A stretch of 64,000 bases of DNA from Lytechinus pictus (Eukaryota): contig NC_087245.1 in the NCBI RefSeq assembly GCF_037042905.1, positions 36,954,001 to 37,018,000 of the forward strand, in the 5' to 3' direction. The translations under genes were made by a program, and so were the position numbers. The notes under the pieces were generated by a model. The model was not told the DNA's origin, made no database searches, and was given only the letters and a program-made list of their open reading frames with translations. Below, one piece after another: positions 24,541 through 36,932 of this stretch. Position 1 is the first letter of the stretch. Every line of letters starts with the position of its first letter.

Positions 24541-26069
24541 AACAGTTTAAACAATTATCTTTAAGTTATTGAGAATTAAATATTAAAAATTAAACTTTGT
24601 TTTTAGTTTTCAAGCACCTGCTTTTTTAAGGTTTCAAACACTTGTTTGAACCGTTTAAACAACTACTCTAAGGTTTATAGTAAACAGCATTAAATGAATA
24701 ATGTTAAACAACGTTTTTACTTTGTTCATTGTTACTATTTTCATATTGAGAAAAAAAAAATATTTTGATCGAGAAAGAAAGAAAGATGTTTTAAAATGCC
24801 ATACACTGACGTCTCATTATGCCAGTTACTGTGTAACAGTAGGTGCATAGTAGTGAGTGAGTGAGTGCATAATATTGAGGTGTTCAAATAAGTTATGTCA
24901 CCATAATACAGTTATATATATATATATTTTTAAAAAAATCACACTTTGAAATATTCGTATAAAATTATATATTTGTAAATATCCTCAAGCCTTGTCCACA
25001 TTCATGTATTGGTACAGGTTTCTTTAAATGAATGTCAATATAGAAGTCGACAAATATTTTCGCTTGAGTGAGCACCACTTATTTAGATTTCGTGAAAAAT
25101 GATTGGCGCAAAATTTGGAAATAGTTATTATGGGAAAAAAACTTTCGACATGTTCGATAACTTGTTTCCTTGGCCAAAACGCTCCCTCGAGCGTCACTAC
25201 ACCCCCCCCTACAAACGCCTAGACCTCTGCGATGATATGTTCAACATGTAGCAGTGATTCGCATGAAATATATCTTGATTTTTCTTCTGTTATTCTTTGT
25301 CATGCCTGGGGAAGTATGGAGAAACATGTACGAAATTAAGTATGAAATGTGAACCCTCCTAATTCAAGTCCTAAATGACAAAACATAGTAAAGCAAAATG
25401 CTGGAGATGTCTGAAATGAACTTTTGTTTACATAATTGATTTGTTTCATTTACTCAGTTCAAGATAGAGCACTAAAAGTTATGTTTACCTCGGCTTAAAT
25501 TGGTCATTCGGGTAGAAAAGTTGTTATAAACAGTTATTACGTATCTTTACTATTTTTTATTGACCCAAAATGCCCCCAATGGCATGGCTGAAAATCATAA
25601 TTTTTCTTCTCAAATCGATTTCTGCGAGCTTTACAAAATAATGTTCAATGCTCACTCAAGCGTAAGATTCTGTGAAAAGTATTCTGCCATCTGATGTGCG
25701 ACCAAAGGAAGAAAATATTTGTGAAGGTATTATCCCCATGATGTATTTTCAGGGGCCGCGGAGGCGGTGACTGATTGGGCTTCAGCCCACACCTTTTTTT
25801 TTCTTCTTCAAAAAATGTGTACAAAAACATAAAAATGACCATCTGATTGTGATTGTTTGCATGGTCAGCCCCCACTTTTGGCTCTGCCCCCCCCCCCCCC
25901 ACTTTTGAAACCGTTAAGCGGCTTCTGTTTTTTTTTTCAATTTGAGAGACTTTTTCAAAGTGTAAACTTGTTATTGATGCCCAATGTATAAGTTACTTAA
26001 CAATTCAAATTACATAGGCAATCATAATTATGTTTAATAAAAATAGATTGATAATGAGTTGACGTGGTT

Positions 26070-26500
26070 CAAGAATTCAAGATTCAAGATTCAAGAAGTT
26101 TATTTTCATTTCCATGACAAATATAAATCAAATACAGATATAAATCAAAGTATGAGTACAAGATCAATTTTACCTCAGCATAATTATATAATAAAAGCTT
26201 GTATAAAATAGTATTAAGCGTGTATGGAAATGTGGGGATCTACTAAAAAGCATTGCTTGTAGAGCGTGGATCCCCTATAGCGAGTTGAAGAAATAATGTC
26301 TATTAAGCAAATGAGAAAAGGCTAAGTAATAACACTTAATGAAATGTGGAAATTCATTGATTGTACAAAATGTACAATATACAATAATATAAAATGGGAA
26401 AGTAAAATGCGATAAATAGGGAAATGTATATGTAGATGTATATGTTTGTATGTACAGTATGTACATGGATATTAAATAAATTACTTTGCCCCACCGCAAA
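26070..26500 (-). mobile_element. LINE 3' end (UTR hairpin and tandem tail)
   Basis: Minus strand: hairpin ggggatc..tacaagcaatgcttttt..gatcccc, AATAAA, (CTTGAAT)n tail. Resembles the end of the LINE at 62540-62790. Confidence 0.6.
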
Positions 26501-26941
26501 GAATATTAGGCTTATGCACAATTATTCATTAATTAATTTCCACACAAGGAAAAATAATTCTATTATGGTTATGTTGATGTGAAACGGTAAATGTTAATGC
26601 CTGTTTATACTACTAAACAATAACTGTAAGGCTTCAGTCACAACTCAGAGCGGCGACCGACCGATTAGCAGCCTGCTCGGGCACCGCTGGAATTTAGTCA
26701 TCGCCCAACGATTTTTGTAGAAGTCGAGTGGGCTTGAAAAAGACTAACTGGTGGCCGAGCAGTGCCCTGTCGATTACCCAACACAAATCTGGATCAAATC
26801 TGGGAACTCTTTGGTTGGTGTCCGAGCAATGATCGGCTGACGACCCACCGATTCCCGAGCGGTCTCCCACCGGCCGCCGGCCTATTTTTAAGTAATCGCC
26901 CGGCCGATCTTGAATTCGCCTCGAGATCATCGACCGATCTC

Positions 26942-28267
26942 CATAGGCGGATCCAGCCCCCCCCCCCCCCCCCTGTTGGCGGAGCAAAAAGGGGTTTATC
27001 AATATTTTTATTTCGCGATTTGCCCTCGCATTAAAAGTTAAAATATATCAATTCATAAATTACTCATGATTACAAAAGTGCTTATAAAATGGAGGTTTTA
27101 GGTCTAAATGTCCACAAATTTCACTCACTCATTTAGGCTTATTGCATTAAATATGATGATAACATTTTCATGAATTCCTATAATTAAATTGTCTCTTTTC
27201 AGAAAGCAATATCGACAAGTTTCATATTGCGCTTAGGAAGAGGAATAGGAAGATAGTCATAATTTTCACATGATGACAAAATGTCCTTAGGCCTAGAACG
27301 TCCAGGTCCTAGGTCAAAATAATAATAAAAATATCAGCTCGCGCTTCGCACTTGCATCATTTATTAAGTGATATCCACATACACTTCACAATTTCCCTAC
27401 ACAGTCCTTTGGATAGTGCTTAAATTCACCCTTTTCATATCGGAATATCAAATATTTTCCGCTCGTGCTTCGCGCTCACATTATTGATTTTCATGATTAA
27501 AAAATGAAATGTATTCAGAATGCCCAGATTCTGTCTAACTCTAAAACACGCGCAGACATGTTTATTGAAATACGCAGCTTGGTCTTTATTAAAAACGTGC
27601 TAAAATTATCCAGTTTGCGCTCTCGTTATTAATGTAGGAACTTCCTTTTTCATGATTTACAAAACATGAATAGAGTGTCCCATTTTTAGGTTTAAATTTT
27701 TCCGCTCGCGCTTCGCGCTCGCATCAGTTGTTTAGTTTTATACCTATACCGTTTATTTCAAAAAGTGCTTAGAAAAGCATCTTTAAGGTCGGAATGTCAA
27801 AAAAATTCAGCTCGCGCTTCGCGCTCGCATTATCTAAAAGTTGAAATATATATCATATTAATGGCTTACTGCAAATCGTCCTTAACTGGTTCCTTTTTGA
27901 TCAAGCCAGAACCCACGCGTTTTGCCTCCCCCCCCCCCAAATTTTTCACGACCAAGAAAATGGGAAGAAAAAGAAAGGGATAAGTGTGAAATATAGGCCT
28001 ATAATTTTTCAAATGTTACGTCAAAATCTATCACAAACTTTGATTTTTGTAATCAAAATGTCAAATATTTTGCTCGCTCGCAACTTCTTATTAACTTTAC
28101 GCGATATGCCGTATCAAGCCCCCTCAAAATTTTTGGCTCATTACGCCACGGAGACAACCCCTTCAAAGAAACAAACAAAAATCATTTTTGAGCGACCGAT
28201 CGAGGAAAATATGGGTGAAATTTTTTTTCGGCCCCCCCCCTATTGGCGGGAGCTGGATCCGCCCCTG
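26942..28267 (+). mobile_element. 1.3-kb non-autonomous DNA transposon with 6-bp TSD
   Basis: TIRs cataggcggatccagc / gctggatccgcccctg, GATCTC on both flanks, internal gctcgcgcttcgcgctcgca repeats. Strand is relative to the other copy. Confidence 0.85.
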
Positions 28268-28369
28268 GATCTCTGACAAAGATTGATAACACATCGTCAC
28301 CATCAAAAACTAAATTGGAGGATGAGGAGCTGATGGGTCTACACGGAACGATTTGGTTTTAGATTGATT

Positions 28370-28950
28370 ATGAATATAATTAATGAGAAATTAAACCTGC
28401 ATATACCGTTAAAAAGGATAAGCGTCATCCATACAAAACGATTATTAAATTACCCTGGATATCGGCATCTATTTTGCATTCGATTATTAGAAAAAATAAC
28501 TTATTTTATAGATTCATGATAGGTACAGAACAATCACAAATAAGATACAGATCCTATAAAAATACACTCACTAAAATATCACGCATTGAAAAGAAAATTT
28601 ACTTTGTGAGACAGTTGGCTCTACATAAACACGACATGCAAAACACATGGAAGTTTTTAAAACATACCACGAAGTTTTCCAATGATGAATAAAATATTTC
28701 CAAAATTAGTTTTAATAATATTGTTGTTGATGATGCTGACAACATTTCAAATATTTTTAATAACCATATTTCTTCTATAGGCGCAAATTTGGCTAAAGAT
28801 ATCCCCCCCCCCCCCCCGTGACGAAAAGTTCTTCGGACTATCTTGGCCCCCTAACCCTAACCCAAATTCAAATTTTTTTGCTCCAACTAATAATCAAGAA
28901 GTTATTGCTATTGTGTCTGGTTTGAAAAATAAAAAAAAACCTGGCTTTGA
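28370..28950 (+). mobile_element. Degenerate non-LTR retrotransposon ORF2 fragment (CR1/L2/Crack group, endonuclease-RT linker)
   Basis: PWISASILHSIIRKNNLFYRF..YKNTLTKISRIEKKIYF..DMQNTWKFLK, then interrupted by stops and frameshifts. Confidence 0.75.
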
Positions 28951-29753
28951 AATCCGTAATAGATTCTAGTGTTGCCCCGTTTATTTGTGTGTGCATAATT
29001 TGACACCACAAATTGTCACCCCTGCATAGATTGTCGCCTCGCGACAATTTGTGCTGCACGTGCCGGTCTCAAATTTTTAAGCATACTGTGCCAGTTTGTG
29101 TCGCTGAATTTGTAAGCTGAGCGTTTGAATTGCCTTTATTTGAAAATGAAACTAAAGAGAGGGGGAGCACGATATAAATCGAGTAAAAACATTTACAAGC
29201 AATAGAGTGTTATCATACGGTCACTTCACATCTGTCAGATTGAGATATTAGATAAAAAGATAGTTCAACATAATTTAAATCATTAAGAAAATATTTACCA
29301 TATTTACAATTACTACAATTACACGCTTTGAATTGTTTCCAATTAATTAAGTTTTACCATTTTCTATCGAATCATAATTATAAACTTTGCTATTGAAAGC
29401 ACTAAAAATATTAAGCCTAAAAAGATCGTTTTTTAAACAAAAATAACGAGCCGCAGAAAGGTTTTAAAAGCAAATATTCTCAATCAGATGGTATGTTTTA
29501 CGTTTTTGTACACGTTTATTAAATAAAAAAAAGTGTGAGGGCTGTATCCCGCTCTCCCCCCCCCCCGGTTTCGCGACCCATGAAAATAACAATAATTGAC
29601 TTTAAGCCTATTTACAATATTTGTGTGTATACATAATAGTATACCTGTATATACGTTAATGGGTGTGTGTGTGCGTAAGTTGGGGTGTGCGTGAGTGCAT
29701 GTCATGTGCGTAGGTTCATGTAATCATCCCATTAAGGCGCATCCTCAACTGCT

Positions 29754-30986
29754 TCATTCCTTATGGCTTTGTTCGGCCTCACTTTTTCTCAAGGTAGTGA
29801 CACTGGTGTCCATGTCCCCATGCCCAAAGAGCGAATGGGTTTTGATCGGACCGGACGATACCAGTGCCACGATTGCCTTTCTGAACTCAGGATGTCGAGC
29901 AGTGTAGATGATCGGATTGGCACAGGAATTGAAGAATCCGAGAAGGGTGAAGACACTGTTGAGGTTGCTGTAGCGGTAGGACGTCGGGACGAAACCAAGA
30001 TTGTAACCAAAGAAAGCGATTTGGTTTGGACTCCAGCAGAGAACGTAGATCAGAATGACCACCATCATCAGCTTGAGGACTCGGTTCTTGGCGACCACGT
30101 GGAACGTAGCCTCGTTGTTGCTGTTGTCGACGGCATTGCTGGCGAACCTGGTTGATTGGCGATGGAGGGTGAAGGCTATAGCGGTCTGGGTGATGAACAT
30201 GGTCAAGGTGGGTATGACAATGCGGATGGCGAAAACGAAGCATCCGTAGGCAATCTTCTCGGTGTTGTTTCGATAGGAAATGCTACAACGATTTGTTTCT
30301 TTGTCGACGCGGAAAAGGATGACCCCTCTAAGACCAGACAGAAAGGCAGCCATCCAAACCACACCGATCCACATCGAGACAACACGCCTTGATAGTCTGC
30401 GACTGAAGTAGAAAGGGTACACTACGGCGATGAATCTCTCTATGGCAATGGCCATCAGGGTATAGGTAGAGCCAGATACCGACGTCCACAATGGGAAGTT
30501 CGGGAAGAGTATTTTACAGTAGGTATATCCGGTCCAGGTATCGGGGATCTTTACTGCCTTGGGAATGGGAATAAGAAACACGGACGTCAAGAAATCCGCA
30601 GTGGCCAGAGCTGCTACTAAGGTGTCAGTCGATCTGCAATGCCTTCGCCTCTGGAAGAGGACCAACAAGACCAGAAAGTTACCAATGATACCGATTATAG
30701 CAAACAAGAGCTGCAAGATCAAGACCCAAGACCATGAAACCGGACTCCATAACCATAAGATCGGAGCGTCAACCTGTCTTACACCATCCTCGCTGACTGT
30801 AAAGACCTCGGTGGTAATACTGGTATTAGATGTCGGTTGAATGTCGCTGGTGAATTCTGGACTTGTTGTCCAATCTTCCAGGGTCGTCCATGACTGCGAT
30901 GGGGTAGCAGTATCGGTCGCATTGCTGACACCGATCACAAATATGAGTAATAAAAGCCTCGTGGGTTCTTTAGAAGACATCTTCAT
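29754..30986 (-). CDS. Class A (rhodopsin-like) GPCR, paralog of 19416-20600, single coding exon
   Basis: 410-aa ORF with signal peptide, Ser/Thr-rich ectodomain, GN, LATAD, C..ERF, CWSP, NSCANPIIY. Strong acceptor (ccttttctttttcag) 7 nt upstream of the ATG. Confidence 0.95.
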   Translation of the reverse strand: MKMSSKEPTRLLLLIFVIGVSNATDTATPSQSWTTLEDWTTSPEFTSDIQPTSNTSITTEVFTVSEDGVRQVDAPILWLWSPVSWSWVLILQLLFAIIGIIGNFLVLLVLFQRRRHCRSTDTLVAALATADFLTSVFLIPIPKAVKIPDTWTGYTYCKILFPNFPLWTSVSGSTYTLMAIAIERFIAVVYPFYFSRRLSRRVVSMWIGVVWMAAFLSGLRGVILFRVDKETNRCSISYRNNTEKIAYGCFVFAIRIVIPTLTMFITQTAIAFTLHRQSTRFASNAVDNSNNEATFHVVAKNRVLKLMMVVILIYVLCWSPNQIAFFGYNLGFVPTSYRYSNLNSVFTLLGFFNSCANPIIYTARHPEFRKAIVALVSSGPIKTHSLFGHGDMDTSVTTLRKSEAEQSHKE

Positions 30987-31942
30987 CTCGCTTCTGAAAA
31001 AGAAAAGGAGTGAAATATAAATACAAAATAATGGTCAGAATATCTGAAGTGGATAGAAATGGATAGCGTATTTTGTGACGTGACGCATCAACCAGAGGCC
31101 ATTTGAACATCATGCGACAATATTACTCATCATCCAGATTTGTTTATAGCACGATAGATGACAGATACGTTTTATTATGGTGTTCAGATTTTTTCCCACA
31201 CAATTGAAACAATAAACAAGTTAGCATGAGTGAAAACAGGAAAAATCAAAGAATATAATTAAAGAAAGATTTAGAACTATTGGACAAATAATAAGAAAGT
31301 TAATGAGGATTTGAAAGTTGTTTGAAATCATTTTCTAGACATACTTCCATCGAGAATGCGACCAAGTTGTATGCTGTCACTCTAACGATTCCCCCCATTA
31401 CTTATGTTTTAATTTTGTTTAAATTCCCACTTTATAATAGATCAGGTCTTCTTTTCATTGGAATATATGAAATTTCACAAATGATATCATGGACAAAGAC
31501 TTTGTACCATCAATTGAATGAGAAAATATATGCTTATTAAGGTATTATGTTTAGTAGTGTAGACGGAATTCGTTCAGAATGTGACATCACAAATCACGGT
31601 TGCATAGCCAATTGGAGGATCTCCATCTCACTAGCATATTCTCGATTTTCAAAAGCTTATAACTTTCTTAATGTTTGTCCAATTTTTCTCACACTTTCGT
31701 TGAATTTATTCTCTTATTCTTTTTCACCTTTCACACAAGCTAACATCTTCTTAGAGTTTTATTCTCCTTTAACTTCCTGAAGAGTATTCTCAAGATTGGT
31801 GGGGATCATGAATGATGGCCGTGTCCGTTCAAACAAGTGTTTTGAATCTTAAATAATAGAGTTTGATTTTTAATATTTAATTTTCAATAAATAATTAAGC
31901 ATTGTCGTTTAAACCGATTAAACAACGAATGTAAGGTTCATA

Positions 31943-32218
31943 CACTGTTAAAAAACCATGATTTTACAGAAAAAAAGATTTTGCTGAAAGCAATAACAGA
32001 ATAATTCTGTAAATTCATAAAACAGGAATTTTTCTGCAATTTAACAGAACAGGTCTGTTTAAAAAGGGGAAAAGGGTGTTTTATTCAAGGAAATTTGTAA
32101 GTTTCCATACACCAAATACCAATTTCCTGTAAGATTACGCAATCTGGTAAGTTTACAGGTGTTCTCGAGACTCTGCTGCAGGAAGTTCTTTTATATAAGG
32201 ATAAATTTTCTAACAGTG
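31943..32218. mobile_element. CACT-ended MITE with TA flanks
   Basis: ta-cactgttaaaaa...ttttctaacagtg-ta. Confidence 0.7.
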
Positions 32219-34019
32219 TAAAGTAAACAGTGTTAGCGTTTTACTGTGAAGAGGTAATCCGACTGTCCAACATCCTATTTTGTCCTTCCATTCTGTATTT
32301 GTCATTTACACTGTAAAGAAAACCATGTAGCGTAAATTTGCAGCAATGTCGTCATGAAAACAGAATTATGACAATATCGATAACAACGTCATATTTTACC
32401 CAGGGAAGCCACTTCAGTTCTGAAAACTGTTCTACCAGCGGGCCCTGCTTAACATGATAATGTTATTATTACCCCGGCTTTAGCACGGCTACCTTGATCC
32501 GGCGCTCGAGCATACGAGGAATTTATACCGGGTACCCATTCACCTCACCTGGGTCAAGAATTTCCATTAACTCTGGTGTAAAAGAAAAATAAATTTCTGG
32601 CAAGTCGATTTCTGCCCCCCACCAAAAAAAAAATATCGTCAGAATTGTCACACCGGATGTATTTGTAAATGATTATATTTTGCATCTCTCAATTACATAT
32701 ACTTGCTGGAGAAAGCTACTAACAATTCTATCGTTTTACATCGCACGAAGGTGACTCTGCTCACATCACATTTGCTGTAGAAATAATGAATATTTTTAAA
32801 ATGTAGATATAAAGTTGAATAATATTTTGGTTCATATTTTCATCGCGAATTTGAACTAGAAACATTAATCAAATTGAGTGACCTATATCAGCAAGGTTCA
32901 TTTTTATAATGTTATTAAAAATCAATCGCAATGGAAATGCGAAGGGCTCCGTGTCGTGTGTTCGTTTCTTGATCCGGACTTATTTGATAAACATACAATA
33001 TTGAAATAACAATAATGGAATGGGATCTAATTATTACGAAGTGTAAGTTTATACAATAAATTGTAGTCCAGTGATTGTTTTTGGTCGGTACATGCCAACA
33101 TGGCCAACGAAATATTTCTTTTTATTCTTTATCAACAGGTTGTCATTGGTGAATATGACAAAGGTCAAAATAAAAGTTTTCTAAGTCAGAATTATTCGAA
33201 ATTGTTAAATATATAATATTGTTATATATAATATAATTGTTTCCATTTGCTTTCTAGTTCACTCTACTCGTCTCAACCATTCCTTTGCAGTATAAAAAAT
33301 AAAGAATAAATGCAAGTCGCTGTCGGCAAGCTCGATATGTAGTGTTCATATTCTGAAATCGAAATTAATTTGATGCAATTGAATTTTTCATTATCACTCT
33401 CTCTCTCTCTGATATATTGTCATTTCTATCATTGTAATACAATTATAAGTCAATCAAAATGTTAATATGTTATCATTTCATTTGTTTAAACAACTTTTTA
33501 TAGGAATTATCAAGTTAATGCTGCACTACACACACACACACACATCCACCCTCACACACACATATTTCAATGCTTTCCAATAGTGTATATACATTTGGTT
33601 CCGTTAAGTATAAGAGTGATTGGTATTTTACAAATGCCATATTATGTCCAACTTTCTGTGCAAGATTATCTATGATTGTGTGAACCAAACTGCCATAAAG
33701 GTAACGAACTTTGACCATTCTTGCTTTCTATGCCTAAAACTTTCACCCCTTCTTGCAAGTGAAACTATCACTGTTATAGGTGATCGATTCATCAATTAAT
33801 TTCATAGAAAACAAAATCACAGAAGCTGATTAGAAGCATGTGCATATTTCTCTATGTCACAATCTTAGGAGATGTAAAAAAATTATACCAAATTGCTCAA
33901 AAGTAGAACTGGAACATGAAAGATGGATGTATGATTGCTTCATGAATTGTTTACATTGAAAACTGAAAGCTATTACATCTAAAATAAAGCTTAACATGCT
34001 TAATGCCTGTGTTAATATT

Positions 34020-34218
34020 TTTTTTTTTTTTTTTTTAACAAGTGCACACCTAGTTACCAATAATGCATATAGCATTTCCATTTATTTGAAAGCAGGATAA
34101 AAGAGCATTGTAGATTAAATGCCTTGCTCCCGGGCATAGGTGCCGCGGCCGGGGTTCGAACCCCGGACTTTCCATGTATAGCCAGGCGCCTTAGACCACT
34201 CGGCCACGGCATCTCCAC
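34020..34218 (-). mobile_element. tRNA-derived SINE, second family, poly(A) tail
   Basis: Minus strand gtggccgagtggtctaaggcg..ggttcgaacccc, poly(A) tail, TAATATT duplicated at 34013-34019 and 34219-34225. Confidence 0.85.
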
Positions 34219-34936
34219 TAATATTAATATTGTTTTTAAATATCTTCAACGTAATCGATCTTTGAACATGGTTTCCATCCGCCTATAGGACAAACCTTAA
34301 TAGCGAGGAATCACGTCGGAGCAGATGTGACGGAAATGTTCGATTTCAATTTTCATGATTGAATTGAAGAGTGCCGATACAAATTTAGGAAAATTAGGAA
34401 AGTAAAGTCAGCCGAAGAAAATTGTAAATCCAACGCAAATCAAGTTGCATGTATTCTGGAAGGAAAAACGAAGGGAAATGAAGGCACCGGGGGCAATGCA
34501 GGTCAATTGATTAGAGACTTGAAGTGGAAATTGATAGAGAGAGGAAGGGGAAATGGAATGGAAGTTTGGATCTAGGAGAGTTAAAGACGGAGTGTCATTG
34601 TTTAACATTGGGCAAATTTATCGTGAATCGATCAACTACGGTATATTCATGTACGTTTAATTAAATCATTAACACATATCTTAACTTATATTATCTTCAA
34701 TCACGCTTATCAAGAAATTCTGGGTCGCGCGCAATTCAGACAGCAGCTGTCAACAGTAGAAAGGACACAAATGCGATTTTATTGACAATAATAATACAAT
34801 ATGACCCATTTTTTCGATTGGGGGGGGGGGTTAACTTCAGAATCATACCCCCAACATAGGGTGTTGAACAAACACCTTGAATTTAACACGAGTGTAAAAC
34901 CATTGGTGTCGTTCACTGATTACATCGACTAGTGTA

Positions 34937-35179
34937 CACTCTAAATTACAGGGATTTAAAATAAGTCTAGATGGATTGTAGTTAGGGACCAATCGATTTC
35001 TGGATTTTGTTTTAATCCTAAAGACTTAAATTTAAATCTCAAATGATTTAAATTCAAATTAAATTTAAATCTTTCGAGATTTAAAAAAGGAATCTGAAGG
35101 ATTCAATTAAATCCGGAATTCGATTGGTCCCTAACTACAGTCCATGTGGACTAATTTTAAATCCCTGTAATTTAGAGTG
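34937..35179. mobile_element. Near-perfect foldback CACT-ended MITE; degenerate relative at about 46226-46434
   Basis: ta-cactctaaattacagggatttaaaat...attttaaatccctgtaatttagagtg-ta, with inverted arms of about 70-80 bp. Confidence 0.85.
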
Positions 35180-36932
35180 TACTTGTGTAAGTGAAACACT
35201 ATTGCTTTTGCAGTGTAAGCTTACTGATGTCATTATCAATGTGGTGTAAAACTGACTCCAGCTGGTTCCCTTTGAGCACCCCATCCTAAGGTGTTAACAC
35301 TAAAGTGTAGTTTGAATACAATAATATACATTTCATCGAAATACTAATCAAATTCGTCGTAGTAACAACACAAGTGTTGAACTAACGCAACGAATTTTAC
35401 ACCGGTGTCAATTTACTCTATGTACACCGGTCGACACCACTGTTGTTGTTTTGCATGTTTAGTAAACCATGAATATTGAAAGATGATGAATAAACTCTAA
35501 TATCTCTATTTACTTAGCTTTTTGAAAGTTTATTCTATCATCGTTCTGTTTATAATTCTGTAACCATTCGGCCTACATCACACACATCACATCATATATA
35601 ATCTTGCTAATGTTGATTTTGTTGTATATTGAAATGTTTATTCTCCAGCGTGCCACACTGTTAAGCTTTGCGTCTGTGACCACCCATGCTACCATCGTAT
35701 TTATAGTGTAACGCAAAATACCACTTAAATTGTGTATTAATGTATGATACATTTAATGATTTATATACAAGATATTTGTTCATAATCTAGACGTCAAATT
35801 TTAGATATGCATTTTCTTGTTTAGTCTTTAGATCTTTTTTATGAAAAATGTTGCAAGAACCAATTAATGAAATGAAATATACATACATGTTTTCCTATAT
35901 GGTATACAGTCACACCACATAAACGAACTACAAACCGATCAAAACTATATAACGTTATTGGAGTGGCACATCACCGGTCGGCTCGGAGTCGGTGTAACTG
36001 ACGCATTATAGGTGAGGGGTCGAAGAAGATTAACATGATTAATAACGATGATGTTTTTATCGAAAAAATACACTCTAAAACGGTAAATATATGATACATT
36101 TCCATCTCCAATCGTTTTGCTTCTTAAAAACTCAAGTATGAAATCAATCATGATTATTATGGTCAAAGAACGTTAAAAGAAACCCCGCAGATGAAGGAAA
36201 GACCATCCATCTCTTGCGCACGCAGGTTTAATCTAAATGAGGGCAATAACTATATCGGGAGAAAAATCAGGACATATTACATGACTGTATTAGTATAAAA
36301 TAGGCCCACGATAAAGTCTTGATGTTGCGAGGAAAGACCAAAGGGGATTTATTAAATCCCTGCCCTGATTTTGAGAAGATTATAATTTAAAAAATTTCTG
36401 TTAAATTGCCATCAGGAAGCGCTAAACCCTACTTCCTTGCTTTCTCTCTTCAAAATCGCCGGCAAAAATCAATCCAATGTAGATATATGACCCGTCTATT
36501 TCGAGAAAATCATGATTATTGCATATCTTGAAAATAGTGAGTGTTCTTAGAAAAAAATATTAATTAAAGTTGTAACTGCGTTCATGTCATTTATTTGCTT
36601 TGAATAATCATTTTGGACATAATGGAACAAGTCAAATTGTTTCGGTATGTTGTTTGGAAGATTTCTTTTTTTTAAACATTCTTGTTCTTTTCAATCAAAT
36701 CTTTATTTTATTTCCATTGAAACATAATACCAAGTAATATACATCAGATACAAAACTTAAGGATTGATATTTCAAAGATATAAAAAGAACTCTATGTTCA
36801 TATCTTCTAAAGATATTGAATGATTCGGCATTGCTCCCTCCCCCTCCGACATACCCCCCTTTTCGATTACCATCCTTTTCCCTTATGTTCTTCCCATTGT
36901 ATGGGGGGGGGGGTCATCTGGTAATTCCTGTC

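Noticed and set aside
28849..28863. Telomere-like cctaaccctaaccc
   Set aside because: Only about two units, inside a LINE fragment; compatible with chance.
34130..34218. tRNA genes (also about 4190-4264, 18149-18220, 53265-53336)
   Set aside because: A/B boxes are present, but they continue into SINE bodies with tails (and TSDs in two cases) and I could not fold a full cloverleaf.
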